NCBI GenBank assembly: GCA_963747195.1
Contig: CAVVDV010000005.1
Location: 262,814 to 326,813 of the forward strand
Direction: 5' to 3'
Origin: an uncultured Actinomycetes bacterium
GTDB lineage: Bacteria; Actinomycetota; Acidimicrobiia; IMCC26256; JACDBD01
DNA length: 64,000 nt
This document shows positions 31,243 to 43,261 of the stretch, piece by piece. How positions within the stretch are numbered: the stretch's first letter is position 1; each line of letters opens with the position of its first letter. Position numbers and translations under genes: made by a program. The notes under the pieces are model-generated. The model was given only the letters and a program-made list of their open reading frames with translations. It had not been told where the DNA came from and ran no database searches.

Positions 31243-31455
31243 CCCCGTGGCCGTCGACGGGAAGGCACCTTCGAGAGGCAGACCACACCATACACAATTT
31301 GCATATGGCAGCTATGCGTCGGATGCGAGCTACGAGAGGCAGTGTGTAGTGCAGAAGCTACGAGGGCAGCCGAATGTGCGCTCGGCGAGATTGATTGCTG
31401 TATGCAACTACGTGTAACGTGCAGGAAGAGCACGGGTTCATCGAGAGGAGCGCCG
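31243..31455. promoter_or_regulatory. AT-richer divergent control region with repeated CGAG(A)GGCAG motif
   Basis: CGAGAGGCAG occurs at about 31272-31281 and 31333-31342, and CGAGGGCAG at about 31361-31369. The last two copies are both preceded by GCTA. The inverted repeat GCATA-N7-TATGC lies at about 31301-31317. A promoter-like pair TTGATT-18-TAACGT lies upstream of the USP gene. Confidence 0.35.
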
Positions 31456-31869
31456 ATGAAGACGATCATCGTCGGTGTGAACGGATCCGAGGAAGGTGCT
31501 CGGGCCCTGCGATGGAGTGCGTACCTCGCGGAACGTGATCGGGGTCGCGTGGTCGCCGTACGGGCGGTATCGCGTATCGGAATCTGGGAACTGGCGGCCC
31601 TGCAGGTCAACCCCGATCCAGTCGTTCGAGGGTACGAGGAACAGCTGCAGGGGTCGTGGACAGCGCCATTGCGCACGCTCGGCGTCGACTACACCACCCG
31701 GCTCGAACGCGGAGAGCCAGCAGATGCGCTGCTGCGGGTCGCCAGCGCCGAAAACGCTGACCTCATCGTGATCGGAGCTCGCCACCGCGACCCTGCACAC
31801 GGCAGTACCACACACCGTCTGCTCAAGCACACCACACGGCCCCTCGTCGTCATACCGAATCGGGAATGA
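31456..31869 (+). CDS. Universal stress protein (UspA family)
   Basis: The gene uses the ATG at 31456 within ORF 30871..31869, with GAGAGGAG upstream. The sequence reads MKTIIVGVNGSEEGARALRWSAYLA...ADLIVIGARHRDPAHGSTTHRLLKHTTRPLVVIP. The gene is intact. Confidence 0.85.
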   Translation: MKTIIVGVNGSEEGARALRWSAYLAERDRGRVVAVRAVSRIGIWELAALQVNPDPVVRGYEEQLQGSWTAPLRTLGVDYTTRLERGEPADALLRVASAENADLIVIGARHRDPAHGSTTHRLLKHTTRPLVVIPNRE

Positions 31870-32143
31870 CGATCGAGTCTGACCACCGCCTCGAGGATCT
31901 GATCTCGATGGCTACTCGACGATCACCGCGGCCGTCACAGCCATCGAACACGCGAACCGCGAGCTCGTGAAGCTTCTCGAGATCCGTTCAACGCGCCCGT
32001 GGAATGCCGACGAGTTCGCGCGATACCTGGACCTCTCGCAGCGCGAGCACGCCGCACACCGCCAATACCTGGCCGGCCGCCGCTGGTTCGACAATGCTCG
32101 ATGGCAGCGATCCGACCGGAACCCGCAGCCCGACCACCGGTGA
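31866..32143 (+). CDS. Small hypothetical protein, start uncertain (ATGA-coupled to USP only if one frame change is allowed)
   Basis: The hand translation of the frame ending at TGA 32141-32143 gives ...DGYSTITAAVTAIEHANRELVKLLEIRSTRPWNADEFARYLDLSQREHAAHRQYLAGRRWFDNARWQRSDRNPQPDHR. The only in-frame start is a GTG at 31967 (58 codons). The ATG at 31866 is in another frame. Confidence 0.25.
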
Positions 32144-32161
32144 TCGAATCTTGGGCCGGAG

Positions 32162-34010
32162 CTACCAGCTGCCGCCGCCCCCGCCGCCCGCGCCACCGCC
32201 CGAGAACCCACCGCCGGAGAAGCCGCTCGAGCCCGACGTCGACGGGGGCGTCGAGGTGAGCGTCCCCGACGTCGACACGGTGAAGCCGTCGATCGCGCTC
32301 GAGAACGCGAGGAACGTGAACGGCGTCGACGCGATGTACCACGACGAGGTGTCGGGCGGCTGGTCGTCGAGACCGGCGAACGCCGCCGCCCACTTCCCCG
32401 TCGCGCCGAAGACGATCGCGTAGGGCAGGTACTCGGAGAACAGGTTCTTCCGCTCGGCGAACCGGGCGCGCTCCTTCTCCGACTCGTTGATGAATCGCCG
32501 GAATCCCTCGGTGTGCCGGAGGACGGCGGTGCCCTTGGCCGTGCGCTGGGGGCTCCAGTACGCCCCGAAGGTGAACAGGATGCCGGCCACGAGCAGCGGG
32601 ATGCCGAGCAGAGCCGCGTGCGTGAACAGGATCAGCAAGGTCAGCAGCCCTGCGCCCGCCAGCAGCACGAGAACGCCGAGGCACCCCCACTGTGCCCGAG
32701 AGCGCGACGGCGGTTGGACGAACCATCCGTGGTCGATCGCGTCCTGGAGGAGCGCGCCTTGCACCTCTTGCATCTTCGTGTGGAACGTGTAGCGGAGGTC
32801 GGAGAGCTGCACCTCGTTCCCGTCCTCGAACAACCCGTTGAGGAGCTTCTGCTCGTAGTCCTTGAGCTCGGCGTCGGGCTCCTTCTTCTTGGTCAGCTTC
32901 CAGTCCGGCTTGTGCAGGAAGCCTCCCTCGCCCGGGATCTCCTCGATCACGAGGTAGCCGCGCACGGCGAGGTCGACGATGGTCGCGGTCACGTCGAGCG
33001 GGTTGGCCGTGAAGTCGACGAGCGTGCCGAGCTGCCCGGGCCGCAGCTTGTCCGGCGGGACGAACTCGACCGGCGTCTCCTCGTGGTGCAGCAACGGGAA
33101 CGAGCTCGTCGGCGCCGCCGTCGGTGCCGTAGGCCTGGTCCACCGCAGAGCCGCGGTAGCGCCGGTCCCGCCCGAACCGGTAGATCAGGAACGCGAACAC
33201 GAGGATCACCACGAGCAGGAGCGCGCCGCTGACCCCGGCGGTAACGGGAGTGATCGAGAAGGCCGTCCCGAGATTGAATCGCTCCTCGAGGATCGGCTTC
33301 GGCGGCGGCACAACGCCCTTCGGGATACCGACGACGACGGTCAAGGCGCCGTTGGGCGGGATGTCGCTCTGGGTGAACGTCGCCGTCGCGCCGCTGCTGG
33401 TCGCGCTCGCGCACGGGAGCGTCGACTCGGAGCGGGACCGCTGAAGCAGGCGACCTGCGTGATGTCGGCCGGCGCGTCGACGGTGGCCGTCGCCCGCTGG
33501 ATCGGAACCGTCCAGCCCGGCCCGATCGCGTTGAGATTCAGCTCGTCGTGGTCCTCGAACCCGTTCAGCACGCCGCGCAGCGTGTAGGTGATGTCGTAGG
33601 TGTGCTGGCCGCTGATCGTGCGGTCGGGATCGCCGATCTTGATCCGCTTCAGCCCGACGCCGTCGGAGTCGCCGCTCTCGATCGTGTACTGCGCCGGCGT
33701 CCCTTCCGACGCCTTCACGGACTCGACGTTCAGCGGGTACACGCGGTCGTGATTGGACTTGGGCGGGTAGTCGAACCGGACCGGGATGTCCCGAAAGATC
33801 CCGTGCTTCGGGATGACGCCGAAGTCGTAGTCGATCACCTCGTGGACCCGGACCAGCCCCGTCGACTCGACGTGCACGTCGACGGCGTAGTTCCGGATCT
33901 GCTCCGGCCCGAATTGCGCCCGGCTCTCGGACGCCGCCGGGGTGGAGAGCGCAGAGGACGCCGAGGACCGAAACCAGTCCCCCGAGAAGAGCAACCCGCC
34001 CGACGCGCAC
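32162..34010 (-). CDS. DUF2207 domain-containing membrane protein, about 3 frame breaks as assembled
   Basis: The signal-like N-terminus VALLGGLVSVLGVLCAL is in ORF 31935..34010 (GTG at 34010). IRNYAVDVHVESTGLVRVHEVIDYDFG...HGIFRDIP is in ORF 33341..33994. The TM-rich C-terminal half and the Gly-rich tail GFSGGGFSGGGAGGGGGGSW are in ORF 32162..33094. Confidence 0.8.
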
Positions 34011-34063
34011 GGCGGGAATCTAACCGCAGGCCGGCGCTGTGTGTCGGGCTACCGTTCCGCGCC

Positions 34064-35078
34064 GTGCCCTCCCACGTCGACGAGCAGACGCTCGCGGCCG
34101 CGGTCGGTCAGCCATCTCGGGCAGCCGGTGACGATCGAGGGGCTGCGCCGGCTGTCGGGCGGCGCGTCGCGCGAGACGTGGTCGTTCGACGCCGTCACCG
34201 CCGGCGCCGACCGTCACGCCCTGGTGCTCCGCCGCGATCCCGGGCCCTCGATCGGGCGGTCGGAACGCTCGGTCGAGTTCGCGCTCCTGGACGCCGCGCA
34301 CGAAGGCGGCGTCGCCACGCCGCGGGTCTGGTTCCTGCTCGAGGCGGACGACGGGTTGGGTTCGGGGTTCGTGATGGAGCGGATCGAGGGCGAGACGATC
34401 CCCCGCCGCATCTTGCGGGACGACGCGTACGCGTCCGCCCGCCCGATGCTCGCCCGTCAGTGCGGCGAGCAAGCGGCGCGCATCCACGCCCTCGACCCGG
34501 CGCGCCTGCCGGCGCTCCCGGTGCAGGGCGCACGCGACCAGATCGCCCTGTACCGCGGGTACCTCGACGGCTTCGGCGAGCCGCACCCCGCGTTCGAGCT
34601 CGGTCTGCGCTGGCTCGCCGAGCACGCGCCGCCCGACCCGCCGCAGCCGGCGCTCGTTCACGGCGACTTCCGCAACGGCAACTTCGTCGTCGGTCCGGAT
34701 GGCATCCGAGCCGTGCTCGACTGGGAGCTCGCGCACCTCGGCGACCCGGTCGAGGACCTCGGCTGGCTGTGCGTGAAGTCGTGGCGCTTCGGCGTGACCG
34801 ACCAGCGCGTCGGTGGGTTCGGAACCGTGGACGACCTGCTGGCGGCGTACCGGGCCGCCGGCGGTCGGCGACGTCGACCCGACCGAGCTCCGCTACTGGG
34901 AGGCGATGGGCACGCTGAAGTGGGGGGTGATCTGCGAGATCCAGGCGTTCACCCACCTCCAGGGCACGGTCCGCTCGGTGGAGCTGGCGACGCTCGGCCG
35001 GCGGGTCGCCGAGATGGAGTGGGATCTCCTCGAGCTCATCGACCGCTCCGGCGCGCGACGTGGGACAAGGAGGACGTC
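34064..35078 (+). CDS. Phosphotransferase (APH/choline-kinase-like) family protein, 2 or more frame breaks; 3' end unresolved
   Basis: LSGGASRETWSFD, FVMERIEGETIPRRIL, LVHGDFRNGNFVVGPDG and VLDWELAHLGDPVEDLGW are in ORF 33942..35774. The C-terminal part ELRYWEAMGTLKWGVICEIQ is in ORF 34813..35490. No stop is visible in either frame before the next gene. Confidence 0.7.
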
Positions 35079-35490
35079 ATGCAGGATCGACCGACGGCCG
35101 TCGAGCTCCTCGAGGCGGTCCGCGAGTTCCTCGGAGCAGGACGTGATGCCCGCGGTCGAGGGCCGGGTGCGGTTCCACACCCGCGTCGCGGTCAACGCGC
35201 TCGGGATGCTCGAGCGAGAGCTGCGCCTCGGCCCCGAGCTCGACGCCGCCGAGCGCGCCCGGCTCGGCGCCCTCCTCGGCCACGACGCCGACCTCGCCAC
35301 GCTGACGGCGGAGCTGGCCGGCCGCATCCGGGACGGGTCGCTCGACGACCGGCGCGACGACGTGGTCGCCGCCGTCCGGGACTCCGTGCGGGCGAAGCTC
35401 CTGGTCTCGAACCCGGACTACATCGGCGGACCACGTCGGGTAGGTTCCAAAACGCTGTGCGCTTCGCCACCTGGAACGTCAACTCGCTGA
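35079..35490 (+). CDS. DUF6285-like protein (usual partner of the phosphotransferase), one frame break as assembled
   Basis: The ATG at 35079 is preceded by AAGGAGGA. MQDRPTAVELLEAVREFL is in frame 0. The continuation EQDVMPAVEGRVRFHTRVAVNALGMLERELRLG is in ORF 34813..35490. Confidence 0.55.
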
Positions 35491-36253
35491 AAGCCCGTCT
35501 CCCCCGCGTCGAGGAGTGGCTCCAGTACGCGCGAACCCGACGTGCTGTGCCTGCAGGAGACCAAGCTCGCCGACGACTCGTTCCCGCAGCTGACCTTCCA
35601 GTCGCTCGGGTACGACTCCGTGCACCACGGGCCCGGGCAATGGAACGGTGTCGCGATCCTGTCGCGCGCCGGCGTCGAGGACGTCACCTCCGGGTTCGAC
35701 GGCACCGAGCTCGTCGATCCGTACGAGGGGGACGCCCGGCTCCTCTCCGCCGATGTGCGGCGGCGTGCGCGTGATCTGCGTGTACGTGCCCAACGGCCGC
35801 CAGGTCGGCACCGAGTTCTACGAGCGCAAGCTGGCGTGGCTCGAGAGCCTCCACGACTGGATCGCCGCCACGTACAAGCCGAGCGATCCGATCGTGATGA
35901 TGGGGGACTTCAACGTCGCGCCCGAGGACCGCGACCTGTGGTCGCCGAAGGCGTTCGTCGGCGACACGCACGTCACCGAGCCCGAACGCGCCGCGGTCGC
36001 GCAAGCTGCGTGACTGGGGGTTCGTCGACGCGTTCCGAGCTCTGTACCCGCAGGACAAGCTGTTCACGCTACTGGGACTACCGCCGGGGCGACTTCCACG
36101 AGCACCGCGGCATGCGCATCGACCTCGCGCTACGTCACCGAGCCTCTGGTCGATCGCATCCGGTGGGCACTCGTCGACCGCTTCGCCCGCAAGGGCAAGC
36201 TGCCGTCCGACCACGCCCCGCTGCTCGTCGACATCGACGTCGACGCCGCGTGA
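35457..36253 (+). CDS. xthA: Exodeoxyribonuclease III, at least 3 frame breaks as assembled
   Basis: VRFATWNVNSLKARLPRVEEWL is in the frame of ORF 33942..35774. LCLQETKLADDSFP...GQWNGVAILSR is in ORF 35542..36588. ICVYVPNGRQVG...VMMGDFNVAPEDRD is in ORF 35648..36013. The C-terminal YWDYRRGDFHEHRGMRIDL and KLPSDHAPLLVDI were translated by hand. Confidence 0.85.
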
Positions 36254-36294
36254 GCCCGTCGCCACTCGGGGCGTCGCGGGCGTACCGTGGCCGC

Positions 36295-36872
36295 ATGGCC
36301 ATGTACAACGACGGGTCACGTGAGCTCCAGGACCGCTTCGACAGCCGGCGGATCGCCGACCGCCTCGAGCAGATCACGGTCCACGACACGATTCAGCGAC
36401 GACGACCGCGCGTTCATCGAACGCGTGCCCGATGTTCTTCCTCGCCACCGCCGACGCCGACGGCTGGCCGGACTGCTCGTACAAGGGCGGACAGCCCGGA
36501 TTCGTCCGAGTGGTCGACGAGAACACGCTTGCGTTCCCGAGCTACGACGGCAACGGAATGTTCCGCAGTCTCGGGAACGTGCTCATGAACCCGAAGGTCG
36601 GGATGCTGTTCGTCGACTTCGAGCGCCCGAATCGCATGCGCATCAACGGCGTTGCGTCGCTGCACGATGACGACGAGCTCCTGAGCTCGTTCGAGGGCGC
36701 GCAACTGATCGTGCGCGTGCATGCCGAGCGGATCTTCCCGAACTGCCCCCGCTACATCCACAAGATGCAGGTGGTCGAGCACTCCGTGTACTCCCCTCGC
36801 CCCGGTCACGTGCCACCAGTCCCGGAGTGGAAGCAGATGGACGTCTTCCGGGACTACCTCCCTGAGGAGTAG
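36295..36872 (+). CDS. Pyridoxamine 5'-phosphate oxidase family protein, 2 frame breaks as assembled
   Basis: MAMYNDGSRELQDRFDSRRIADRLEQ is in ORF 35542..36588. FSDDDRAFIERVP is in ORF 36287..36670. MFFLATADADGWPDCSYKGGQPGFVRV...PNCPRYIHKM is in ORF 36432..36872. Confidence 0.75.
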
Positions 36873-36891
36873 CCGCGACGCGGCGAGTCGC

Positions 36892-37981
36892 CTATCCGGC
36901 GACGGGCGTGCCGTCGGCGAAGGTCAGTCTCACGACGAAGAGATTGCGCCGCGCCCTGGGGGTAACCGACCTTGCCGCGTACCCAGGCGTGCAGCGCCAT
37001 CCAGAGCTGGCCGTGCTCGTCCACGAACACGTCCTCGCCACCGGGCCCCTCCGCCGTGGCGGTCGACGCGAGCCAGGGCCCGTCTACCGGCTTCGTACAC
37101 GGCCCGGTCGGCGAGTCGCACACCGCGTACCCGATGGCGTAATCGGCCGTCGACCAGTTGTTCCCCGAATAGAAGAGGTAGTAGCGGCCGTCGTAGCCGA
37201 CCATGCTCGGCGCCTCGACGACGCCGGCCTCCCAGGCTTGGTCGGCTTGCAGAATCGGCTGCTGGTCGCCGACGAGAGAGAGGCCGTCCGGTGCGAGCTC
37301 CTGGGCGACGATGCCCGCGGTGGTATCGCTCTTCCACAGCAGGTACGCGCGGCCGTCGGCGGTGACAAGCGGGCTCGGATCGATCGCTCCCCCGTCGGGC
37401 GGACAGACGAGCGGACCGCTCGAGTCGTCGACGAACGGGCCCGCGGGCTCCTTCGAGACGGCCCGTGACAGGCACTCGCGGTCCGGGTGGTGCGCGCGCG
37501 CGTCGTGTAGTAGAGGACGAACCCGCCCGGTCGCGGGAGCACGGCCGGCGCCCAGGCGCCGCCGGGAGACGACCATGCCGGAAGCTTCGGCAGCGCGTCA
37601 GTCACGTGCGCGGTGCCGAACAGCCCGCTCGAGGTGAGGACCGGGATGTGATCGTCCTGGTTGTTGGTCGCGTACACGTAGTACGTGCTCCCCACACGCA
37701 AGACGAACGGATCGGCGAAGTCGCGGCAGTAGACGGCCGCGCCGGGGCCTCGGAGGGCCGCTTGCACCTTCCCCGCGAGACCACCCGTGCCTCCGATCGC
37801 AGGTGGGTTGGCAGGTTGGCTCGGCGGGCTGGACGGCGCCGGCCCGGAACACGATGCCGGAGCACGGGGCCTCCTCGAACAGCGGCACGACGACGGCGAG
37901 GGTGAGCCACACCAGGAGCCAGAGCGCGGCCACCAGCGCGAGGGCGATCCCGACGGTCGTGCGCGACCTCCGCTCCATCAC
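36892..37981 (-). CDS. Glycoside hydrolase family 43 protein with N-terminal membrane anchor, at least 3 frame breaks as assembled
   Basis: The anchor TTVGIALALVAALWLLVWLTLAVVV is in ORF 37598..37981. FADPFVLRVGSTYYVYATNN and WAPAV are in ORF 37084..37767. GVVEAPSMVGYDGRYYLFYSGNNWSTADYAIGYA is in ORF 36854..37576. The stop was placed by hand at about 36892. Confidence 0.7.
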
Positions 37982-38089
37982 CTTGTTCGACCCGCTCGGA
38001 GGATCAGAGGTCGCGTGTCCCGCCCCGGCCTGTGACCGACGTCATCTGGCCGGGTCGGAGGGCGCAAGCGCATGATGAACCGGCTTAAC

Positions 38090-38102
38090 TTATCAGCGAT
38101 AA
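38090..38102. promoter_or_regulatory. Short palindrome TTATC-AGC-GATAA in AT-rich patch upstream of the MMPL gene, candidate TetR operator
   Basis: The palindrome lies about 25 nt upstream of the GTG at 38125, inside the only AT-rich stretch (cttaacttatcagcgataactca) of the 143-bp divergent spacer. Confidence 0.3.
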
Positions 38103-38124
38103 CTCACTCGTTCGGGGACCGCTC

Positions 38125-40386
<2,262 letters not shown>

Positions 40387-40390
<4 letters not shown>

Positions 40391-41057
40391 CGGCCGCGCG
40401 CCCGGCCACGGCGCCGCCGGCCCCGCGCCCGGCGCGGCGAGGGCGAGCGGCTGCGCGAGGAGATCCTCGACGGCGACGGAGCAGCCTGCTGATCGAGACG
40501 GGCGACGAGGACGCGGTGTCGATCCGGGCGATCGCCGACGCCGTCGGCGTCACGCCGCCGTCGATCTACCTGCACTTCGCCGACAAGGACGCGCTGCATC
40601 TGTCGCGGTGTGCGAGCGCGCACTTCGAGGTCTTCGACGCCGTGATCGAGGCAGGCCGGCGCCAGCGATCGACGACCCGGTCGAGGCGCTCCGGCGCCGC
40701 GGGCAGGCGTACGTGCGCTTCGGTCTCGAGCAACCCGGAGCCGTACCGCATCCTGTTCATGGCCCGGATCGGCGGCGACCGCCGGCATCGACGTCATCGA
40801 CCGGCGCCGGGCGGCGCCGCGTTCCACGCACCTCGTCGACGCCGTGCAGCGCGCCATCGACGCCGGTGACTTCCGGCCCGTCGACCCCATGTGTCGCGGC
40901 GACCGCCCTGTGGACCGGCGGTGCACGGCATCACGTCGCTGCTGATCTCGCTGCCCGACTTCCCGTGGCCCGACGTCGATGCGCTCGTCGACCACGTCTG
41001 CGACATCCAGATCCGCGGCTGCGCGAACCCGTTCCTCAACCCAAGGAGTCGCCATGA
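40387..41057 (+). CDS. TetR/AcrR family transcriptional regulator, about 3 frame breaks as assembled
   Basis: The HTH VSIRAIADAVGVTPPSIYLHFADKDAL is in ORF 40387..40869. AYVRFGLEQP is in ORF 40116..41057. VHGITSLLISLPDFPWPDVDALVDHVCDI is in ORF 40891..41523. The stop at 41055-41057 overlaps the next ATG. Confidence 0.75.
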
Positions 41058-42414
41058 CCACCGATCGAGAACCAGTACCTGGTCGGCAACTTCGCGCCCG
41101 TCAGCGACGAGCTCGACCGTCACCGACCTCGCCGTCGACGGCGCGATCCCGCCCGAGATGCGACGGCCGCTACCTGCGCAACGGCCCCAACCCGATCGCG
41201 CCCGACCCGGCGGCCTACCACTGGTTCATCGGGCGACGGCATGCTCCACGCCATCGAGCTGCGCGACGGCGAGGCCGTCTCGTACCGGAACCGCTGGGTG
41301 CGGACCGACCAGGCGCGTCGATCTGCTCGGCGAGGACGCCGATCCCCGGCCAGCCCGACGACGTGTTCCCCGTGCGGCTCGAGCGTCGGCGAACACCCAC
41401 GTCGTCGCGCACGCGGGCAAGATCTTCGCCCTCGTCGAGGTGTGCCTCCCGACCGCAGGTGCGACCCGACCTGTCGACCGTCGGGCCGCTACGACTTCGG
41501 CGGCAAGCTGCGGTCGCCGATGACCGCGCATCCGAAGATCGACCCCGTCACCGGCGAGATGCTCTTCTTCGGCTACGACCCGTTCGGTCCGCCGTGGCTG
41601 CGCTACCACGTCGTCGACGCGGCGGCGAGCTCGTCCGCAGCGAGGACATCGACATCCGGGGTCCCTCGATGGTGCACGACTTCGCGATCACCGAGCGCAA
41701 CGTCGTCTTCCTCGACCTTCCCGTGGTGTTCGACTTCGACCTCGTCGGCAAGCGGCCGTTCCCGGCCGCGTGGAAGCCCGACTACGGCGCCCGGGTCGGC
41801 GTGATGCCGCGCGACGGCGGCGAACGCCGACGTGCGCTGGTTCGACGTCGAGCTCTGCTACGTCTTCCACCCGCTCAACGCCTACGACGAGGACGGCAGC
41901 GTGGTCTCGACGTCGCCCGGCATCCGAAGATGTTCGCCACGGACATCTACGGACCGGCCGAGCTGCCGCCGACCCTCGACCGCTGGACCATCGACCTCGA
42001 CGGCGGGCAAGGTCATCGAGGAACGCCTCGACGACCGGCCCCAGGAGTTCCCACGGGTCGACGAGCGCGTCGTCGGCCGGCGGCACCGTTACGGGTACGC
42101 CGCGCACTTCGGCATCGACGACGAGGGCATCCACTTCGGCGGCTTGCTCAAGCACGACCTGCGGACCGGCGCCGTGGACGCCACGACCTTCGGGCCCGGC
42201 ACGCACGCCGGCGAGGGCGTGTTCGTGCCCGCAGTCGCCGAGCGCCGGCGAGGACGAGGGTTGGGTGCTCTCGGTCGTCTACGACGACGGCCGCGACGCG
42301 AGCGATCTCGTGATCCTCGACGCCACCGACTTCGGACGAGGTCGCACGGTGCACCTACCCCAACGCGTCCCCTTCGGCTTCCACGGCTCGTGGGTCCCGG
42401 ACGGCGCCGCCTAG
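41054..42414 (+). CDS. Carotenoid cleavage oxygenase (CCD/RPE65 family), at least 5 frame breaks as assembled
   Basis: The ATG at 41054 has AAGGAG upstream. GRYLRNGPNPIAPDPAAYHWF is in ORF 40979..42313. MLHAIELRDGEAVSYRNRWVRT is in ORF 41241..41804. NTHVVAHAGKIFALVE is in ORF 40891..41523. MVHDFAITERNVVFLDLPVVFD is in ORF 40979..42313. CYVFHPLNAYDEDG is in ORF 41832..42599. The C-terminal VPFGFHGSWVP is in ORF 41770..42414. Confidence 0.85.
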
Positions 42415-42895
42415 GCGATCACGTCCCCGACGCGCTTCTCGTAGCGGCTCTGGACGTACTCGTCGACGGTCACGTCGCCGACGTACTCGTACGCGGCGCG
42501 TTCGTAGTAGGCGCGCAGCGTCTCGTTCGACGCGACGCAGTCGAGGCGCAAATACGACTTGCCCGCGGCGGACGCGTGGCGTTCCGCCCACCGCAGTAAC
42601 CGACCTCCGAGACCGGCGCCGTGCCGGCGCACGGCGAGCCGGTGCAGATATCCGGCGTCACTCTGGTACCCGGCCCAGAAGAGCGGATCATCCCATTGCA
42701 CGACGAGAGTGCCGACGATCTGGCCGTCGAGCTCGGCGAGCCAGGTCTCGCCGGCTTCGATCGCCGGCAGCACCCACTCGGTCGGGAACCGGTCGGGCCA
42801 CTGCTCGACGCCCGCGCCCGCAGCCACGCCGCCGCGTCCGCAAGGACGGCGACGACGACCTCGATCTCGTCGGGCCGTGCTCGCCGAACCTGCAC
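42411..42895 (-). CDS. GNAT family N-acetyltransferase, one frame break as assembled
   Basis: ORF 42411..42827 reads GYLHRLAVRRHGAGLGGRLLRWAERHASAAGKSYLRLDCVASNETLRAYYERAAYEYVG. The N-terminal VRRARPDEIEVVVAVLADAAAWL is in ORF 42470..43258 (GTG at 42895). Confidence 0.75.
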
Positions 42896-42960
42896 TCGTC
42901 GATTCTGGCTCGGTCCGCCCCGACCTCCTGCGACGAAAGGAAACGGTCTGACCGAGCCTC

Positions 42961-43258
42961 TTAGAGCTTCGACTTGGCGATGCAGATCGCCAGATGAGCT
43001 TCCAGCACGGCGTGCGCGCGTGGCGTTCGACAGGCCGGTGTCGGCTTCTGCAGCCACCTTGGCGCTGTCGCCGGCTTGCTCGAGCTCGATGACGGCGGCC
43101 CGCTCGTCCTCGGTCCCTGCGGCCTTGTCCGCCTTCTTGGCGAACTCGCTCACCACCGCGGTCAGTACCGGGGACGCGCCCTGGTCCTGACGAACGGCGC
43201 CGACGGCGTCGTCGATCTTCGTTCGGACCTCGCGGAGTCGTTCCGCCGTGCTCGTCAC
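42961..43258 (-). CDS. Small helical hypothetical protein downstream of etfA, one frame break as assembled
   Basis: The N-terminus of ORF 42470..43258 reads MTSTAERLREVRTKIDDAVGAVRQDQGASPVLTAVVSEFAKKADKAAGTEDERAAVIELEQAGDSAKVAAEADTGLSNAT. The hand-translated end HAVLEAHLAICIAKSKL-stop lies in another frame. The gene starts 4 nt after the etfA stop. Confidence 0.4.
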
Positions 43259-43261
43259 GGG

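Larger units (their letters stand above)
28990..32150. other. Compositional island of lower G+C (ClC-2, MarR-2, USP, small ORF)
   Basis: Hand counts of 60-nt lines give 36/60 G+C at 29281 and 31/60 at 31261, against 47/60 at 27001 in the flank. All genes inside the island are free of frame breaks. The boundaries are approximate. Confidence 0.5.

Noticed and set aside
32162-32240. A Gly-codon repeat (ggc/gga runs) that might be a tandem repeat or CRISPR-like array.
   Set aside because: It encodes the low-complexity GFSGGGFSGGGAGGGGGGSW tail typical of DUF2207 proteins. It has no spacer/repeat periodicity.
33942-35774. A 610-aa ORF that appears to fuse a phosphotransferase, a DUF6285-like protein and exonuclease III.
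   Set aside because: Each part has its own start signal (AAGGAGGA-ATG at 35079, GTG at 35457) and alternates with the frame of ORF 34813..35490. It is an artefact of missing stops in a frame-broken region.
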